32,000 nt of DNA from assembly GCF_900199515.1 (NCBI RefSeq), contig NZ_LT963434.1, positions 2,042,180 to 2,074,179 of the forward strand. The letters are read 5' to 3'. Under the pieces are notes generated by a model. The model was not told the DNA's origin, ran no database searches, and was given only the letters and a program-made list of their open reading frames with translations. Positions 31,228 through 32,000 of the stretch are shown piece by piece. The DNA comes from Massilicoli timonensis (GTDB lineage: Bacteria > Bacillota_I > Bacilli_A > Erysipelotrichales > Erysipelotrichaceae). The position numbers and the translations under genes are program-made. The stretch's first letter is position 1, and each line of letters begins with the position of its first letter.

Positions 31228-32000
31228 ATGCGTGATGAAAAGGAAATGCTGGGACTGATCATTGAAACAGCACGTTTGGATGAACGCATCAAAGCGGTAT
31301 GGATGAATGGGTCTCGTGCCAATCCTCATGCAAAGCGGGATTTGTTTCAAGATTACGACATTGTTTATCTGGTGGAGGAAACAAAGCCGTTTTATGAAGA
31401 TGCTTCTTGGATCGATCGTTTCGGCGAGCGGCTTTATGCACAGCGTCCCGATGAAGTGGATCGATGCAATGGTCTGCCGGTGGATTTTGATCAATGCTAT
31501 GGCTGGCTGATCCAGCTTGCGGATGGCAATCGCTTAGATCTGCATGTGGTAACAAAGCAGGATCATACGTTTTTAGAGGACGGTATGTATGTGGTGCTGC
31601 TTGATAAAGAGCATCGTTTTGATGAGCGGCATCTGCCAAGTGATGCTTTCTATTATGTGAAAAAGCCGACACAGAAGCAGTTTTGGGCATGTTGCAATGA
31701 GTTTTGGTGGTGCCTGAATAATGTAGCGAAGGGATTGTGGCGAAAGGAAGTCCCTTATGTGCATGATGCGCTGTATCAGGGCAGTCATCCACAGCTTATC
31801 AGGCTGTTGTACTGGCAGGTCGGATTTGCACATGATTTTCAGGTTTCCTGCGGGAAAAGCGGCAAGTACCTTGAGGACTATCTGGAAAGGGATGTCTGGA
31901 ATCGCTTTTTGCATACCTATGCCGGTTTTGAGATAGCAGATCTTTGGCAAGCAGTTTTCTGTATGTGCGATCTGTTTATGGAAACCGCGCAGGAGCTGGC
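31228..32000 (+). CDS. ANT(6)/AadE-like nucleotidyltransferase, N-terminal 257 codons (runs off right edge)
   Basis: Absent from the ORF track because it is open at the window edge. My own translation from ATG 31228 (AAGAGGTGA SD) gives MRDEKEMLGLIIETARLDERIKAVWMNGSRANPHAKRDLFQDYDIVYLVEE...CCNEFWWCLNNVAKGLWRKE. This parallels the ANT(6)-Ia sequence as I remember it. Confidence 0.75.
   Translation, partial: MRDEKEMLGLIIETARLDERIKAVWMNGSRANPHAKRDLFQDYDIVYLVEETKPFYEDASWIDRFGERLYAQRPDEVDRCNGLPVDFDQCYGWLIQLADGNRLDLHVVTKQDHTFLEDGMYVVLLDKEHRFDERHLPSDAFYYVKKPTQKQFWACCNEFWWCLNNVAKGLWRKEVPYVHDALYQGSHPQLIRLLYWQVGFAHDFQVSCGKSGKYLEDYLERDVWNRFLHTYAGFEIADLWQAVFCMCDLFMETAQEL

Noticed and set aside
1-32000. 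Search by eye for CRISPR arrays, IS elements or terminal inverted repeats, prophage or defence-system gene sets, toxin-antitoxin pairs, rRNA and riboswitch/T-box leaders.
   Set aside because: No regularly spaced repeats, no transposase, integrase or nuclease-helicase combinations, and no conserved riboswitch cores were recognised. Absence is based on manual reading only and should be confirmed with Rfam/cmscan, ISfinder and DefenseFinder/PADLOC-type scans.

Overview
This is a 32-kb chromosomal window that looks like a low-GC Gram-positive anaerobe. The evidence is strong GGAGG Shine-Dalgarno sites, TTGACA/TATAAT promoters, a lipobox lipoprotein, YfhO/CsbB-type teichoic-acid glycosylation genes, an [FeFe] hydrogenase, flavodoxins and a nitroreductase. 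The taxon is inference only. I support 27 protein genes (2 run off the window edges), 2 solo tRNAs, and many promoters, operators and terminators. I saw no rRNA, CRISPR array, transposase or integrase.

Gene order, left to right:
- a membrane-anchored protein (partial)
- a GT2-TPR glycosyltransferase and a small hypothetical protein
- an M18 aminopeptidase and a DmpA-type peptidase
- tRNA-Arg
- an orphan group-B [FeFe] hydrogenase behind a 400-bp leader
- a BspA-type LRR surface protein
- an arylsulfotransferase-like gene (minus strand)
- tRNA-Gly
- ogt-ogt-tag
- a MerR switch with a Cys-hydrolase and a lipoprotein flavodoxin
- a MarR operon: heterodimeric ABC exporter, flavodoxin, nitroreductase
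- a PIG-L deacetylase
- yfhO-gtrA-gtrB (minus strand)
- a two-component system
- a CBS-pyrophosphatase and an ANT(6)-like nucleotidyltransferase (partial)

Most interesting observations:
1. A G10 homopolymer sits exactly between the signal peptide and the body of the LRR surface protein, leaving the gene out of frame. This is either a candidate phase-variation switch or a homopolymer assembly error.
2. A 9.5-kb run of alkylation, electrophile and xenobiotic defence modules has two fully readable operator/promoter switches and an apparently exported flavodoxin.
3. A cell-envelope glycosylation block is flanked by a divergent two-component system with phased direct repeats, a signal-anchored PIG-L deacetylase, and a structured anti-SD-containing element in the gtrB 3' region.

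All functional calls rest on motif recognition by eye. No database search was run.
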